64,000 nt of DNA from a virus (taxonomy: Duplodnaviria; Caudoviricetes): IMG/VR virus record IMGVR_UViG_3300033075_001536, positions 32,001 to 96,000 of that record. One strand, given 5' to 3'. Below are positions 18,557-27,232 of the stretch, piece by piece. The notes below the pieces were generated by a model. It did not search any database. It saw only the letters and a list, made by a program, of their open reading frames with translations, and was not told the DNA's origin. The position numbers and the translations under genes are program-made. How positions within the stretch are numbered: the first letter of the stretch is position 1; the number at the start of each line of letters is the position of its first letter.

Positions 18557-19097
18557 AGAACAAAAAATGAGTTGGTATGTCATAAAGACACAATCAAACA
18601 AAGAAAGAAGTGTTGTAGAAAAATTAAACCTAGAAATGTCTAGAAGTAGTATTCAAGATAAGGTGGGTCGAATTGTCATTCCAACCGAAAAAGAGGTTCA
18701 GATTAAAGATGGTAAAAGAGTATTTAGAGAGAAAATTACCATGCCTGGATATGTTTTTATACAAACCGGTGCTATTGGTGAATTAACACATATCTTAAAA
18801 AATATAAACGGGACCTCTGGATTTTTAAGAACAAAGGATGGTAACCCACAAACGATGAAAGATATAGATGTTGCTAAAATGTTAAACGAGCAAGAATTAG
18901 TTGATTCTAAAGAGCTTAATTCTTCCTTCATTCTTAATGAAGAGGTTAAAATTATTGACGGGCCTTTTGCATCATTTAAAGGAAATGTTGAATTTGTGGA
19001 TAAAGATAGAAATAAAATAAGGGTCTCGGTTTCTATTTTTGGTAAAAAGACGATGCTTGATTTACACTTACTTCAAGTTGAGAAGGTAGAAAACTAA
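18549..19097 (+). CDS. nusG: Transcription termination/antitermination factor NusG
   Basis: WYVIKTQSNKE; MPGYVFI; KOW motif VKIIDGPFASFKG; VSIFGK. Confidence 0.93.
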   Translation: MVKEQKMSWYVIKTQSNKERSVVEKLNLEMSRSSIQDKVGRIVIPTEKEVQIKDGKRVFREKITMPGYVFIQTGAIGELTHILKNINGTSGFLRTKDGNPQTMKDIDVAKMLNEQELVDSKELNSSFILNEEVKIIDGPFASFKGNVEFVDKDRNKIRVSVSIFGKKTMLDLHLLQVEKVEN

Positions 19098-19098
19098 G

Positions 19099-19866
19099 AT
19101 GGCTAGATTTGGATCACTTATTGAAAAGGATAGGAAAATCTACGGAAATTGTCAAGTTTTATCACCTGATGGAATTCTTATGTTCAGATGTGATGATAAG
19201 AAATTAAATTGGTATCTAAAGAGAGATTTGGCCGAATTAGTGGAAGAGGATCCAAAAACAATTAAATTAAAATTTACTCCAAATGGTCTTGGTAATCATA
19301 ATAAGCAATATGGTCTCACCGTTATGGAAAACAAATGTGTTTGTTGTGGTGGTATAGAGTTTTTAACCCGTCACCATGTAGTGCCTTATTGTTATAGAAG
19401 ATATTTTCCAACCGAGATAAAATCACATAATTTTCACGATGTTTTATCACTTTGTGTGGATTGTCATGAGAAATATGAAGTATTCTCCTTTGAGAAAAAG
19501 AGAGAGCTAGCTAATATACACTCAGCCCCAATTAATGGGGATATTATTGATAATAAAGACATTATAAGGATGCGGAGAATTGCTTCTGGAATTTTATTTA
19601 ATTCTAATATCCCTGATAATAGAATTAGAGAAATGAAAAAAGAAATTAAAAATTTCCTTGGTTTGAAGAGATTATCTTTCAAAAAGATTAAACAATTATC
19701 TGATTTAGATATACCAATTTATAGTAAAACACATGGTGAAATGGTAGTTGCTAAGATTGAGAATCTACAAGAATTTATCCAAATGTGGAGAGAACATTTT
19801 ATAGAAAATTCAAATTGCAAATATTTACCAGATAACTGGAGCACAAAAAATGAATTTGGTAAATAA
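19099..19866 (+). CDS. HNH-type nuclease resembling the C-terminal domain of eukaryotic EXD2
   Basis: YGNCQVLSPDG...WYL...FTP.G...ENKCVCCG...RHHVVPYCYRRYFP...KSHNFHDVLSLCVDCH...WREHF...LPDNWS. Confidence 0.75.
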   Translation: MARFGSLIEKDRKIYGNCQVLSPDGILMFRCDDKKLNWYLKRDLAELVEEDPKTIKLKFTPNGLGNHNKQYGLTVMENKCVCCGGIEFLTRHHVVPYCYRRYFPTEIKSHNFHDVLSLCVDCHEKYEVFSFEKKRELANIHSAPINGDIIDNKDIIRMRRIASGILFNSNIPDNRIREMKKEIKNFLGLKRLSFKKIKQLSDLDIPIYSKTHGEMVVAKIENLQEFIQMWREHFIENSNCKYLPDNWSTKNEFGK

Positions 19867-20276
19867 TGGATGTTGATAAAGTTATAGAAATTTATAAAAA
19901 TTATAAACTAAGATGTTCCACTATCTTGGAAATGTCCAAATTGTACTATAAATATGAACAAAAATATATTCAAGACTCTCATCAAGAAATAAGAAAGGAG
20001 TTGGAGCTAAAATTTAAAGATGTTGATTTTAGAGAATTTACTAAAGAAACTTTAATAAAAGAATTTAATTTTGGACCATGGGATGACGATTTAGTGTTGT
20101 GTCCAATCTGGACAGATGGTTTAATAAAAGAGGGAACTGAGTTATATACCATTAGTGAAAATATGGTAATATATAAAAAGGGAGAGTTGAGTAATGACTC
20201 TAGATTTGGCTGCTTCTGTTACGGATTTAGAACATCTGATTTGAGGGACTACAAGTTAAAAAATTTAACAGAATAA
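19866..20276 (+). CDS. Hypothetical protein with C-terminal tag
   Basis: D.RFG...YG motif; ends LRDYKLKNLTE. Confidence 0.7.
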   Translation: MDVDKVIEIYKNYKLRCSTILEMSKLYYKYEQKYIQDSHQEIRKELELKFKDVDFREFTKETLIKEFNFGPWDDDLVLCPIWTDGLIKEGTELYTISENMVIYKKGELSNDSRFGCFCYGFRTSDLRDYKLKNLTE

Positions 20277-20277
20277 T

Positions 20278-20745
20278 ATGCAATTAATAACAACAAAAAC
20301 AGTTTTGGCAATGGATATGGGAGTATCTAACAATTTATTCGGTGGAATAATGCTTTCATGGCTAGATCTTTCTGGAGCAGCCTATGCTGCCCAAGTTTGT
20401 GATTCACCTAGATTAGTTACTAAGAAATTTGAAGAAGTTGTATTCGAAAAACCTTGCAAAATCGGAAATCTAATTAAGATATATGGAACAGTTGTAAAAT
20501 TTGGAAACACCTCTATTACTATAAAATTAGAAGCTAGAAAACATAATGTAGAAACTGGATCGCAACAAATTGTTTGTACTACCAAAGTGGTTTTTGTAAA
20601 AATAAATGATGAGGGAGAGCCTGTTCCTATTTCAGATCGTGTAAAAGACCGATATAAAGAAAGAGTCAAAAAGTTCGGAAAAGGACTTCTTACACCAGAA
20701 GAGCTGGAATCTGAAATAAAATCAAAACTAGAAAAATCTTCATAA
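20278..20745 (+). CDS. Acyl-CoA thioesterase (hotdog fold, YciA-like)
   Basis: NLFGGIMLSWLD; F..P.KIG; GNTSI; VFVKINDEG.P. Confidence 0.88.
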   Translation: MQLITTKTVLAMDMGVSNNLFGGIMLSWLDLSGAAYAAQVCDSPRLVTKKFEEVVFEKPCKIGNLIKIYGTVVKFGNTSITIKLEARKHNVETGSQQIVCTTKVVFVKINDEGEPVPISDRVKDRYKERVKKFGKGLLTPEELESEIKSKLEKSS

Positions 20746-20814
20746 GTAAAATAGTAAAAAATCGATTTTGGAATATAATATATATTATAATTAAAAAAAT
20801 AATTAGAAGCCAAA

Positions 20815-21219
20815 ATGAGCAATATTTACATTAAAATCGATTCAGCACAGTATTTAACATCTTCAGCAGGTCCATCATTGAGACACATTGCTGGGACAAT
20901 TTCCCTAACCTATTCTTACGCTAGAGTAAGAGGATCTGCGGACACTATCCTTTTAAAAGGAACTCAATCAACAGGCTCTGCAATGGTTTTTGAAGGAGCT
21001 AGCTCAACTGGGGCAACTGCTGATACATCATCTGCTGCGACATCAAGTTTATTTAGAAGTTTCTTTGTTGGAACTTGTTCGGCTACTTATAGTGGAAGTA
21101 CTGGTATTGGAGGTGGAACTAATTCACACGGACCACTCATCGCTGGTAATTATCCATTGACACTCTCATTTGCATCACATGGTAATGTGTCACCTGGTTA
21201 TATTTTAACAGTATCTTAA
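20815..21219 (+). CDS. Ser/Gly/Thr/Ala-rich protein, putative abundant virion decoration protein
   Basis: Small-residue-rich composition; own late box; followed by a strong terminator. Confidence 0.55.
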   Translation: MSNIYIKIDSAQYLTSSAGPSLRHIAGTISLTYSYARVRGSADTILLKGTQSTGSAMVFEGASSTGATADTSSAATSSLFRSFFVGTCSATYSGSTGIGGGTNSHGPLIAGNYPLTLSFASHGNVSPGYILTVS

Positions 21220-21247
21220 TTTTTATAAATTAAATTATTTTATATTT

Positions 21248-21287
21248 TTCACCAATTCCTGTAAAAAGAATTGGTGAATTTTTTTTT
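21248..21287 (+). terminator. Rho-independent terminator
   Basis: ttcaccaattc-N9-gaattggtgaa perfect 11-bp stem followed by T9. Confidence 0.85.
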
Positions 21288-21391
21288 ATTCTAATACATT
21301 CTCCAATTTTAAGTCTCTTAAAACTGATTTATTACTAATAACATCATTTATTTTCAAACTTACAATATGGACAAGTAAAATATCCCGGCAT
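21286..21391 (-). pseudogene. Deleted/frameshifted remnant of a CxxC protein with C-terminal tag
   Basis: MPGYFTCPYCKFENK* then, in a shifted frame, LKINDVISNKSVLRDLKLENVLE*. Confidence 0.55.
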
Positions 21392-21393
21392 AT

Positions 21394-21741
21394 TTAAAAT
21401 ATTTTTTCAGACTTTATCTCTATATCAACTAAATGGTTTTTTAAAAATTTTTCACGATTATGCCCTCCAATTGGCATTCCAGTTTTTGGACTAATAAATT
21501 GCCAACCATACTTACCATCTAAGTCTAAAAATTCTCTAACTCTATAATTCCCAGAGTGGATTGGATTAAATTTTAAAGCTTTATCATTTGATAAAATCAT
21601 TACCCTGTGTATTGGTCTGCGAACATATACCTCTAGTATACGAGTGGTTACTTTAGGATTTTTTTGACCAGACTTTCTTAATTCTCTTAGATGAGCTTTA
21701 TTTCCCTCACTACCATACCTAAAAATATCAATATGTTTCAT
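21394..21741 (-). CDS. Basic hypothetical protein
   Basis: ATG at 21741 lies 6 nt after a TAACTTTG element; ORF track start of 21750 is less likely. Confidence 0.65.
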   Translation of the reverse strand: MKHIDIFRYGSEGNKAHLRELRKSGQKNPKVTTRILEVYVRRPIHRVMILSNDKALKFNPIHSGNYRVREFLDLDGKYGWQFISPKTGMPIGGHNREKFLKNHLVDIEIKSEKIF

Positions 21742-21747
21742 TTTGAA

Positions 21748-21755
21748 CAAAGTTA
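21748..21755 (-). promoter_or_regulatory. Bacteroidota sigma-A -7 element (TAnnTTTG)
   Basis: TAACTTTG on minus strand upstream of 21741. Confidence 0.5.
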
Positions 21756-21801
21756 ATTATTAATTTCAACTTTTCAAAAATTATATATACATTTGTATAT
21801 A

Positions 21802-21847
21802 AGTTTGCCTCATTGTGTGTTTGAAGAGTGTGTTTGAGAGGTAAATT
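21802..21847 (+). other. Hairpin leader enclosing a 10-nt direct repeat
   Basis: tttgcctc/gaggtaaa stem; gtgtgtttga at 21815-21824 and 21828-21837. Confidence 0.55.
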
Positions 21848-21892
21848 CAAAAAATAATCCATTTATGGACGACCCTAGTTATTTAAAAACCA

Positions 21893-22156
21893 ATGAAGAA
21901 AAATCTCAAAGAAATGTTAAGTCACAGAGAGAAGATAGCAGCAATATGCCTTCTAATGGGCTCGTTTTTCCTTCCATTTGGATACGATGCCCTTTTTGCT
22001 ATTATCATGAAATTAACCAATTCATATTGGATTACGGATTTTATTTTCTATTGTATTTCGGCAGCTTTCTTTGGGTTCTATTTTTACTTATCTGGATATA
22101 ATCCATTTAGTCGAGTTTATTTAAAGATCAGGGGAATCTTTTTTTCTAAGTTTTAG
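21893..22156 (+). CDS. Small 2-3 TM membrane protein; overlapped by a second open frame 21865..22101
   Basis: FFLPFGYDALF...SYW...FY...FFG.YFY hydrophobic pattern. Confidence 0.7.
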   Translation: MKKNLKEMLSHREKIAAICLLMGSFFLPFGYDALFAIIMKLTNSYWITDFIFYCISAAFFGFYFYLSGYNPFSRVYLKIRGIFFSKF

Positions 22157-22918
22157 AATTTCTTTATATGTTGGATTTCCACTATCAAATTTGTTCGATT
22201 TTATAATATTTTCACTAGACCACATTGGTATAATATTTTTATAATGGCTTAAAATTTTTAACTCTTCCTCTGTTTTAGCAATAGATATTGGTATGGTGTG
22301 ATCTAGGTGCCAAAGGCTTCTATTTTCCCAATTCATTCCTTCTACAAAATTATCTTCGATATGTTTTTTAAACTCTTGCATTGAACATCCTAATATATCT
22401 TTCGATTTAAAATCTTTTTCCATACCTATTAGTTTTAAATATTTTCTTATTCGACTACTATATCTCAATTTCAAGTTCCAAATAGGGTCTTTTTCGAGGA
22501 CTTCTCTTTTGTATATCTTTCTTGTTGCATTTATTTTCCTTCTATTATTCTTTGAATATTCTTTGCTGTATCTTTTCTTTTCATCTGGAGAAAGTAGATA
22601 TTTCATTTTTTGATTATTGGATATTTTTTCCTTGTTTTTTATATTATATTTTTTTAGATATTCTTTTTTACATAATTTACAAATTCTTTTTTGATGTATA
22701 AACTCCTCTATTTTCTTTTCTTTATCACACGAACTACAAATTTTTTTATCTGGTTTAATACCCTTTTTAATAGTAAATTCTTTGTTTTTGTTCCCTCTTC
22801 GATATTCCCTTAAATATTTTATACGACACATTTTACACTCATTTCTTATCTTTCCTGATCCTCTTTTACCAAACTCGGTAGTGTCCTTTTCAATTTTACA
22901 AACTTGACAAATTTTCAT
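22121..22918 (-). CDS. HNH homing endonuclease with N-terminal CxxC repeats
   Basis: CQVCK/CKMC/CSSC/CKLC; GMNWEN...WHLDHTIP...HYKN..PMW..EN..K. Confidence 0.85.
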   Translation of the reverse strand: MKICQVCKIEKDTTEFGKRGSGKIRNECKMCRIKYLREYRRGNKNKEFTIKKGIKPDKKICSSCDKEKKIEEFIHQKRICKLCKKEYLKKYNIKNKEKISNNQKMKYLLSPDEKKRYSKEYSKNNRRKINATRKIYKREVLEKDPIWNLKLRYSSRIRKYLKLIGMEKDFKSKDILGCSMQEFKKHIEDNFVEGMNWENRSLWHLDHTIPISIAKTEEELKILSHYKNIIPMWSSENIIKSNKFDSGNPTYKEILKLRKKDSPDL

Positions 22919-23079
22919 CTAATATATATTAATGACACCATAACCCCTTTGGGTTTGTTTTATTTGATTTATTATTCCAAATCTTGAATTATAATTCCTA
23001 TTTTAGCCTAAATCATTTTTATATATAATAGAAAGGATAAATTAACAAAATTAATTTAAACTTTTTATATATAGTTAAT

Positions 23080-24348
23080 ATGAAATTGACAGGATACAAT
23101 GAATTTATTTTAGAGAACCAAATCGCAGAACTACTAGTGGAATCACAAATTGTTTATTCGCAGAAATTTCTTAACCTATTAAACACTATGGGTAGAACTC
23201 CAATAGTTCCTAAACTATTGACACTACAATCACAAGATAAAGAAATTCAACAAAATTATATTGATGTTGGTGGTGCTAAAGACACCGTCACTTTCACACC
23301 AGAAAGAAAGGTTAGAGAGCTAACTGGCAATAGAAATATTGTCTATGTTAGACAAGGAACTGGTGGGTGTTTAAGTCACATGAGTCGAAATCGATTTATT
23401 TTTGGAAGACTTGGATATACACCAGAGGGTGGATACATTACTGATGAGACACAATCACCACACTACAAACCACAAGAAGGAGAAGTTGGTAAAATTGTTG
23501 CTACTACACAAGGTATTAAAGCTCCCATTCAGACCTATGTCTTATTTGAGTGTACCGAAGGTGCTAATAAAGGTAAACAGTGTGTTATTAATAGAAGAAA
23601 GTTGAATGAAAGAGATGATACCTTTTCACAGATTTGGACAACTCAAAGAAATTCAATTAAAGTTGGAAGACTTGCAAGAGCTTTGATAACTCTACTCGGA
23701 GAAACTGTTACTGATGCTCAAGTAGAAGACTTTGTAAACAAATACAAATCTGCCTATGATGTAATGAATGATGCTTTCTCAAGATTTGATATTGTCGAAG
23801 GAAATAAAATTGCTTACTGGTATAACTATGAAAGATATGAGGATGAAAATGAAGGTGTTTTAGGATCTTCTTGTATGAAAAATGCTAGTTCTAGTTGGCT
23901 TAAAATTTATACAAAAAATCCAGAACAATGTAAATTAGTAATTTTGTATTCTGATGCTGGATCTATTGTGGATGGTAAATTTAAATCTGAAAAGATTAGA
24001 GGAAGAGCAATTCTATGGAAAACAGATCAAGGTGATATGTTTATGGAAAGAATCTATACCAAAGATGATTCTGATGTTGATTTATATAAACAATTTTGCT
24101 TCCACAATGGTTGGTGGTGTAGAACTCGTCAACAATATGGAACCGAATTCCAAGTTGAGAATGGTCACCAAACCAAAACAGCTCAATATGTAGTTACATT
24201 AGCAGAGTGTGATTTTAATCACTATCCATTTGTTGATTCTCTATGTTATTTGAATACATCAACTAAGAAAATATCCAATGTTCGGAGCTTAGTCTCTCCA
24301 GATAGAGTTATACAAAATACGGGTGGTGGATATAGTCCGTGTAGATAA
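23080..24348 (+). CDS. CTS-like-tagged protein of the SCM/RA(I/L)LW/M(D/E)RIY phage family
   Basis: MKLTGYNEFILEN; LGSSCM; GRAILW; FMERIY; YPFVDS; paralog of 44495..46162. Confidence 0.8.
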   Translation: MKLTGYNEFILENQIAELLVESQIVYSQKFLNLLNTMGRTPIVPKLLTLQSQDKEIQQNYIDVGGAKDTVTFTPERKVRELTGNRNIVYVRQGTGGCLSHMSRNRFIFGRLGYTPEGGYITDETQSPHYKPQEGEVGKIVATTQGIKAPIQTYVLFECTEGANKGKQCVINRRKLNERDDTFSQIWTTQRNSIKVGRLARALITLLGETVTDAQVEDFVNKYKSAYDVMNDAFSRFDIVEGNKIAYWYNYERYEDENEGVLGSSCMKNASSSWLKIYTKNPEQCKLVILYSDAGSIVDGKFKSEKIRGRAILWKTDQGDMFMERIYTKDDSDVDLYKQFCFHNGWWCRTRQQYGTEFQVENGHQTKTAQYVVTLAECDFNHYPFVDSLCYLNTSTKKISNVRSLVSPDRVIQNTGGGYSPCR

Positions 24349-24415
24349 TACTTGAATTTATTTAAATTTAAACACTTTTAATTTTTTACTTATTTTTAAT
24401 TAAATATATAATTTA

Positions 24416-24664
24416 ATGACTAGTTCAACCAAAGAAGAATTGTCGAATACTATTAAAATAATGGGTATAGATACCAATGAAATAGAGGTAGATATAACTC
24501 TCGGTGGACTTTTTTTTAACACCGTAGAACTTGTTCCAGAAGAAGATAAGATTATTCTTCATTATTTTGAAGATAACTATGATTATGAGTTTGACTTTGA
24601 TGACTTTGATGAAGAGAATCAAAAACAAATCTATAATTTGATTTCAATAACTTTACTAAATTAA
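24416..24664 (+). CDS. Small acidic hypothetical protein
   Basis: Late box upstream; D/E-rich. Confidence 0.65.
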   Translation: MTSSTKEELSNTIKIMGIDTNEIEVDITLGGLFFNTVELVPEEDKIILHYFEDNYDYEFDFDDFDEENQKQIYNLISITLLN

Positions 24665-24781
24665 TTTATAAAAAATCCACTAATCTATAAACTTTATTAA
24701 TTTAATATCATATATACAAAGATAATTTATCGGAAACTATTTTTTGACTAAGACTACTTAGTTCAAAAAAAAAATTTCAAA

Positions 24782-25666
24782 ATGGTAAAAGAAAAGAAGA
24801 TTTCAGCTCGACCTTACGAGCAAACAATGATTAAGCCTCTAGATTTTGACAAAATGACTCAAAAATTAAGAGGTTTTTTTATGCCACTTGGCTTTAAAGA
24901 AACATTTCCACAACCTAGAGTATCTATTCTAGCAGCCTGTGAGGATCCAAAAACAATTAGAAAGTACACATTTTCTGGAACAGAATGGCCTCTCATTCAA
25001 ACCAATCAAATGTGGTTAGAACATGACATTTTAAAAGAACCAGAATTGGAAGGTGTTTTTTGTTTATCTACCTCATATAGAGACGAGCCAAATCCAATAG
25101 AAGGAAGACACAATAAAATATTCCCAATGTTTGAAGCGGAGCACCTTGGAGATTACGAACATTTATTAAAAACATTATCAGACTTATGTGTTCACCTAGG
25201 ATTTGTCAAATCAACAAAAGATATTCCATTTTTTACTTATGATGAGCTTTGTGAAAAATATGGAACTTTAATACTTGAATCTGAACACGAAACAAAAATG
25301 TGGGAGGAGTATGGTGATGTGGTTGCAATCACACATTTCCCTCAACGAACAAGTCCATTTTGGAACATGAAATCAATTGGCAAAAATAAACACGGTGAAA
25401 AAATATATGCAAAATGTGATTTCATTATTTGTGGACAAGAAACCATTGGATCTGCTGAAAGAGATACAGACATTGAAACGATGAGGAAAAATTTCCATAC
25501 TATTTCTGGTGGGGAATATGCTAAAATTTTGTTTGATCAATTCTCAGAGGAAAGAGTAGAGTCAGAACTAGAAGACTTCTTTAGTTTACCAATGGTTGAG
25601 AGATGGGGATTTGGGATGGGACTTACAAGACTTCATAGAGCTTTAAAAATTAAAAATCTGATTTAA
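24782..25666 (+). CDS. Class IIb aaRS catalytic-core paralog (Asp/AsnRS-like; archaeal-type asparagine synthetase AS-AR-like), no anticodon-binding domain
   Basis: Motif 2 YRDEPNPIEGRH..IFPMFEAE; ETIGSAER; motif 3 GFGMGLTRL; only 294 aa. Confidence 0.85.
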   Translation: MVKEKKISARPYEQTMIKPLDFDKMTQKLRGFFMPLGFKETFPQPRVSILAACEDPKTIRKYTFSGTEWPLIQTNQMWLEHDILKEPELEGVFCLSTSYRDEPNPIEGRHNKIFPMFEAEHLGDYEHLLKTLSDLCVHLGFVKSTKDIPFFTYDELCEKYGTLILESEHETKMWEEYGDVVAITHFPQRTSPFWNMKSIGKNKHGEKIYAKCDFIICGQETIGSAERDTDIETMRKNFHTISGGEYAKILFDQFSEERVESELEDFFSLPMVERWGFGMGLTRLHRALKIKNLI

Positions 25667-25680
25667 TCAGGTTTTTTTTT
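25652..25680 (+). terminator. Possible weak intrinsic terminator
   Basis: ctgat-tta-atcag hairpin followed by T9. Confidence 0.45.
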
Positions 25681-25693
25681 GTGAATATTTTAA

Positions 25694-25792
25694 TGTTGGG
25701 TGGTGAAATTGGCAAACACACCGTACTGTCTATACGGCATGGATAAAGGAATAAAAACCTCCATATACATCGTTCGAATCGTGTCCCAACAG
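25694..25792 (+). tRNA. Atypical tRNA-Asp(GTC) with long variable arm
   Basis: Acceptor TGTTGGG/CCCAACA with G73; D arm GTG-AAATTGGCAAA-CAC; anticodon stem CCGTA/TACGG with loop CT-GTC-TA; extra arm ATGGA...TCCAT; TTCGAAT T-loop with bulged T-stem; no encoded CCA. Confidence 0.8.
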
Positions 25793-25830
25793 CTGTAGAA
25801 AAAGGTTTTGAAAATTTAATATATAAAATT

Positions 25831-26487
25831 ATGAAACCATTGTTTGATATCAATGATTATAAGAATATAAAATGTTTAGAATTTGAATGTGAATTTTGTG
25901 GAAAGTCATTTGCTCCTTTAAGGAGAAATGCAATACAATCTATTCGTAAAGTTCAAAATGTTCAATTCTGTTCTACTATTTGTAGAATAAATGCTCGTGT
26001 AGAAAAAATAGAAATACCTTGTTCTAATTGTAATAAATTGGTGTATAGAACAAGCTCACACTTTAAAAAAAGCAAAAATAAACGGGCTTTTTGCTCAAAA
26101 TCTTGTTCAGCAATTTATAATAATACCCATAAAGCCTATGGAACAAGACGAAGTAAATTAGAAGCATGGATAGAAAAGAATTTAAAAGATAGATATAATT
26201 TTGAAATAATATTTAACGGAAAAGAAGAAATTAATAGCGAGTTAGATATTTTTATACCGAGTTTAAAATTGGCATTTGAATTAAGCGGAATTTTTCATTA
26301 CGAGCCAATTTATGGAATTGAAAAATTAAATATGGTAAAAAATAATGATAATAGAAAATTTCAAGCTTGTTTAGAAAAAGGAATAAAATTGTGTATAATT
26401 GATACTTCAAATAGTAAAAAATTTAAACCAGAAAGAGATAAAAAATATTTAAATATTATAGAAAAAATAATAGACTCAAAAAATTAA
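25831..26487 (+). CDS. Zn-finger plus PD-(D/E)XK (Vsr/DUF559-like) putative homing endonuclease
   Basis: CEFC/FCS..C repeats; ELDIFIPSLKLAFELSG..HY; late box upstream. Confidence 0.8.
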   Translation: MKPLFDINDYKNIKCLEFECEFCGKSFAPLRRNAIQSIRKVQNVQFCSTICRINARVEKIEIPCSNCNKLVYRTSSHFKKSKNKRAFCSKSCSAIYNNTHKAYGTRRSKLEAWIEKNLKDRYNFEIIFNGKEEINSELDIFIPSLKLAFELSGIFHYEPIYGIEKLNMVKNNDNRKFQACLEKGIKLCIIDTSNSKKFKPERDKKYLNIIEKIIDSKN

Positions 26488-26517
26488 ACCATAAAAACAT
26501 AAAATTAAATTGAGTGA

Positions 26518-26724
26518 TTATAAATTTGACCAAGTTTGATGACTAACAATACCATCTACTTCTATTCCAGCAGATTTTTGGAATTTAGTTACCGATATTA
26601 ATAAATTTTGTGAAAAATTTTCATCTATTTTACCGGTGAAAAGTCCCTTCTCTTTTAATTTAGTTTGGAGATATCTAACATCTTCTCCAGAATCACCTAG
26701 TTTAAGAGTCCTTTTTAGCTTCAT
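26518..26724 (-). CDS. Stand-alone peptidoglycan-binding domain (PG_binding_1)
   Basis: LKLGDSGEDVRYLQ..L...G...ID..F......V..FQ...GI.VDGIV...TW. Confidence 0.85.
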   Translation of the reverse strand: MKLKRTLKLGDSGEDVRYLQTKLKEKGLFTGKIDENFSQNLLISVTKFQKSAGIEVDGIVSHQTWSNL

Positions 26725-27217
26725 ATCTTTCTTTATTTTTTTGATCCATAAATGCTTTTAAATCTTCATATGAAACAGCTCCTGGGTTTTTAAACAACGC
26801 CTCAGCATTGGCTTTTTTCTTCTCATCCTCTTTTCTTTTTTGACCGTTTAGAGATCTTTCCTCTATTTTCTCATCTAGCTCTTTTAATAGACATCCTAGA
26901 TAGGCATCAATTCCCTTTTCATTTAGTATTATTTTACTAAACTCTAAAATATATTCTTCATTTTTCTCAGTATAGATTGCTAATTTTGAATCGGTAATAT
27001 AATAATCCACATAGAAATGTAAATCTCCAATAATACCTTGTCCATAAATAGTCGTCTTGTATAAATTGTTATAGAAAAAAGCAAATCCATCTTTATCAAA
27101 ATTTTTACGATTTCCAGAATTATCCGGCATCGTTGCAGTATATCCTAGGGACATTTTAAAATATTTTGATTTCTTTACTTCTTGAATAATTTGTAGGTTG
27201 GTAACAATGCTATACAT
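26702..27217 (-). CDS. Hypothetical protein
   Basis: 171-aa ORF with late box. Confidence 0.7.
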   Translation of the reverse strand: MYSIVTNLQIIQEVKKSKYFKMSLGYTATMPDNSGNRKNFDKDGFAFFYNNLYKTTIYGQGIIGDLHFYVDYYITDSKLAIYTEKNEEYILEFSKIILNEKGIDAYLGCLLKELDEKIEERSLNGQKRKEDEKKKANAEALFKNPGAVSYEDLKAFMDQKNKERYEAKKDS

Positions 27218-27232
27218 GAATGTATATATTCT

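Noticed and set aside
24717-24724. TATCTTTG element on the minus strand
   Set aside because: Points antisense to 24416..24664 with no credible downstream gene
25721-25737. Reading the tRNA at 25694 as an amber suppressor (CTA in the loop)
   Set aside because: The 5-bp stem CCGTA/TACGG centres GTC in a 7-nt loop; CTA is off-register
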